Source of the DNA: Squalus acanthias
Taxonomy: Eukaryota
Direction of reading: 5' to 3'
NCBI GenBank assembly: GCA_030390025.1
Contig: CM059432.1
Location: 110,548,001-110,612,000, forward strand
DNA length: 64,000 nucleotides
Shown here: positions 61,401 to 64,000 of the stretch, in pieces
Layout of the letters: every line of letters starts with the position of its first letter
How positions within the stretch are numbered: the first letter of the stretch is position 1
Position numbers and translations under genes: made by a program
Notes under the pieces: generated by a model
Seen by the model: only the letters and a program-made list of their open reading frames with translations
Database searches by the model: none
Told to the model about the DNA's origin: nothing

Positions 61401-64000
61401 TCTCCGATCTCCTGACCTTCTCCCTCTCCGATCTCCTGACCTTCTCCCTCTCCGATCTCCTGACCATCTCCCTCTCCGATCTCCTGACCATCTCCCTCTC
61501 CGATCTCCTGACCTTCCCCCTCTGATCTCCTGACCTTCCCCCTCCGATCTCCTGACATTCTCTCCACTGATCTCCTGACCTTCTCCCTCTCCGATCACCT
61601 GACCTTCTCCACCCCCCGATCTCCTGACCTTCTTCCTCTCCGATCTCTTGACCTTCTCCCTCTCCGATCACCTGACCTTCTCCCCCCTGATCTGACCTTC
61701 TCCCCTCCGATCTCCTGACCTTCTCCCCTTCCCTTCTCTCTTCTGATTACCTGCCCTTCTCCCCATCCCAACTCCTGACCTTCTCCCCAAAGTCCGATCA
61801 CCTGAACATCTCCCCCCTCCGATTTCCTGAGCTTCTCCCCTCTGATCTCCTGACCTTCTCCCCCCCGATCTCCTGACCTTCTCCCCCCCCGATCTCCTGA
61901 CCTTCTCCCTCTCCGATCTCCTGACCTTCTACCCCCTGATCGCCTGACCTTCTCTCCACTGATCTCCTGACCTTCTCCCTCTCCGATCACCTGACCTTCT
62001 CCACCCCCCGATCTCCTGCCCTTCTCCCCCTCCGATCTCCTGACTTCTCCCTCTCCGATCACCTGACCTTCTCCGCGCTGATCTCCTGACCTTCCCACCT
62101 CCGATCTCCTGACCTTCACTCCACTGATCTCCTGACCTTCTCCCCCTTCGATCTCCTGACCTTCTCTCCACTGATCTCCTGACCTTCTCCCCCTCCGATC
62201 TCCTGACCTTCTCCCTCTCCGATCACCTGACCTTCTCCCCCCTGATCTCCTGACCTTCTCCCCTCCGATCTCCTGACCTTCTCTCCACTGCTCTCCTGAC
62301 CTTCTCCCTCTCCGATCTCCTGACCTTCTCCCCTCCGATCTCCTGACCTTCTCCCTCTCCGATCTCCTGACCTTCTCCCTCTCCGATCTCCTGACCTTCT
62401 CCCTCTCCGATCTCCTGACCTTCTCCCTCTCCGATCTCCTGACCTTCTCCCTCTCCGATCTCCTGACCTTCTCCCTCTCCGATCTCTTGACCTTCTCCCC
62501 TCCGATCTCCTGACCTTCTCCCCCTCCGATCTCCTGACCTTCTCCCTCTCCGATCTCCTGACCTTCTCCCTCTCCGATCTCCTGACCTTCTCCCTCTCCG
62601 ATCTCCTGACCATCTCCCTCTCCGATCTCCTGACCATCTCCCTCTCCGATCTCCTGACCTTCCCCCTCTGATCTCCTGACCTTCCCCCACCGATCTACTG
62701 ACATTCTCTCCACTGATCTCCTGACCTTCTCCCTCTCCGATCACCTGACCTTCTCCACCCCCCGATCTCCTGACCTTCTTCCTCTCCGATCTCTTGACCT
62801 TCTCCCTCTCCGATCACCTGACCTTCTCCCCCCTGATCTGACCTTCTCCCCTCCGATCTCCTGACCTTCTCCCCTTCCCTTCTCTCTTCTGATTACCTGC
62901 CCTTCTCCCCATCCCAACTCCTGACCTTCTCCCCAAAGTCCGATCTCCTGAACATCTCCCCCCTCCGATTTCCTGAGCTTCTCCCCTCTGATCTCCTGAC
63001 CTTCTCCCTCTCCGATCTCCTGACCTTCTCCCTCTCCGATCTCCTGACCTTCTCCCTCTCCGATCGCCTGACCTTCTCCCTCTCCGATCTCCTGACCTTC
63101 TCCCTCTCCGATCTCCTGACCTTCTCCCTCTCCTAACTCCTGACCTTCTCCCTCTCCGATCTCCTGACCTTCTCCCCCCTGATCGCCTGACCTTCTCTCC
63201 ACTGATCTCCTGACCTTCTCCATCTCCGATCACCTGACCTTCTCCACCCCCCGATCTCCTGACCTTCTCCCTCTCCGATCTCTTGACCTTCTCCCCTCCG
63301 ATCTCCTGACCTTCTCCCCCTCCGATCTCCTGACCTTCTCCCTCTCCGATCTCCTGCCCTTCTCCCTCTCCGATCTCCTGACCTTCTCCCTCTCCGATCT
63401 CCTGACCATCTCCCTCTCCGATCTCCTGACCTTCTCCCCCTCTGATCTCCTGACCTTCCCCCTCCGATCTCCTGACCTTCTCTCCACTGACCTCCTGACC
63501 TTCTCCCTCTCCGATCACCTGACCTTCTCCACCCCCCGATCTCCTGACCTTCTCCCTCTCCGATCTCTTGACCTTCTCCCTCTCCGAACACCTGACCTTC
63601 TCCCCCCTGATCTGACCTTCTCCCCTCCGATCTCCTGACCTTCTCCCCTCCGATCTCCTGACCTTCTCTCTTCCGATTACCTGCCCTTCTCCCCATCCCA
63701 GCTCCTGACCTTCTCCCCAAAGTCCGATCTCCTGAACATCTCCCCCCTCCGATTTCCTGAGCTTCTCCCCTCTGATCTCCTGACCTTCTCCCCCCCCCGA
63801 TCTCCTGACCTTCTCCCCCCGATCTCCTAATCTCCTCCCTCTCCGATCTCCTGACCTTCTCCCCCCTGATCGCCTGACCTTCTCTCCACTGATCTCCTGA
63901 CATTCTCCCTCTACGATCACCTGACCTTCTCCACCCGCCAATCTCCTGACCTTCTCCCCCTCCGATCTCCTGACTTCTCCCTCTCCGATCACCTGACTTC
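43430..64000. repeat. Large 24-bp polypyrimidine/polypurine satellite with higher-order structure; runs off the window end
   Basis: Unit CCGATCTCCTGACCTTCTCCCTCT with 23-bp and other variants; >20.5 kb, about 850 units estimated as length/24. Confidence 0.98.

Noticed and set aside
43308..63992. Long ORFs as a real repetitive protein gene (trichohyalin- or SR-like)
   Set aside because: All three frames are similarly open, unit-length variants shift frame constantly, and there is no unique domain, start context or exon structure

Overview
Eukaryotic, vertebrate, non-genic or intronic repeat-rich DNA. The repeat inventory (CR1 LINEs with ORF1 esterase, Penelope-like elements, Deu-type SINE, many PIF/Harbinger DNA transposons) resembles cartilaginous-fish (shark) genomes; that assignment is an inference. 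No host protein-coding gene was recognised; there is one weak candidate exon at 33968-34062. Positions 1-38.8 kb are a mosaic of nested transposons: several CR1 copies (one near full length, one apparently lacking ORF1), a solo LTR, Penelope fragments with a candidate minimal hammerhead ribozyme, and about ten Harbinger-type elements ranging from a decayed two-gene copy (Myb/SANT gene plus DDE transposase) to MITEs. From 38.8 kb there are three tandem arrays: a 39-bp minisatellite split by a CR1, a 32-bp minisatellite, and a >20.5-kb 24-bp polypyrimidine/polypurine satellite with kb-scale higher-order duplications. That satellite generates all the long GEGEGQEI/REKVRRSE/GRRSGDRR ORFs. I found no convincing novel gene system. 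The best leads are the ORF1-less CR1, the Harbinger deletion series and the giant satellite. All family names come from recognising motifs by eye, not from database searches.
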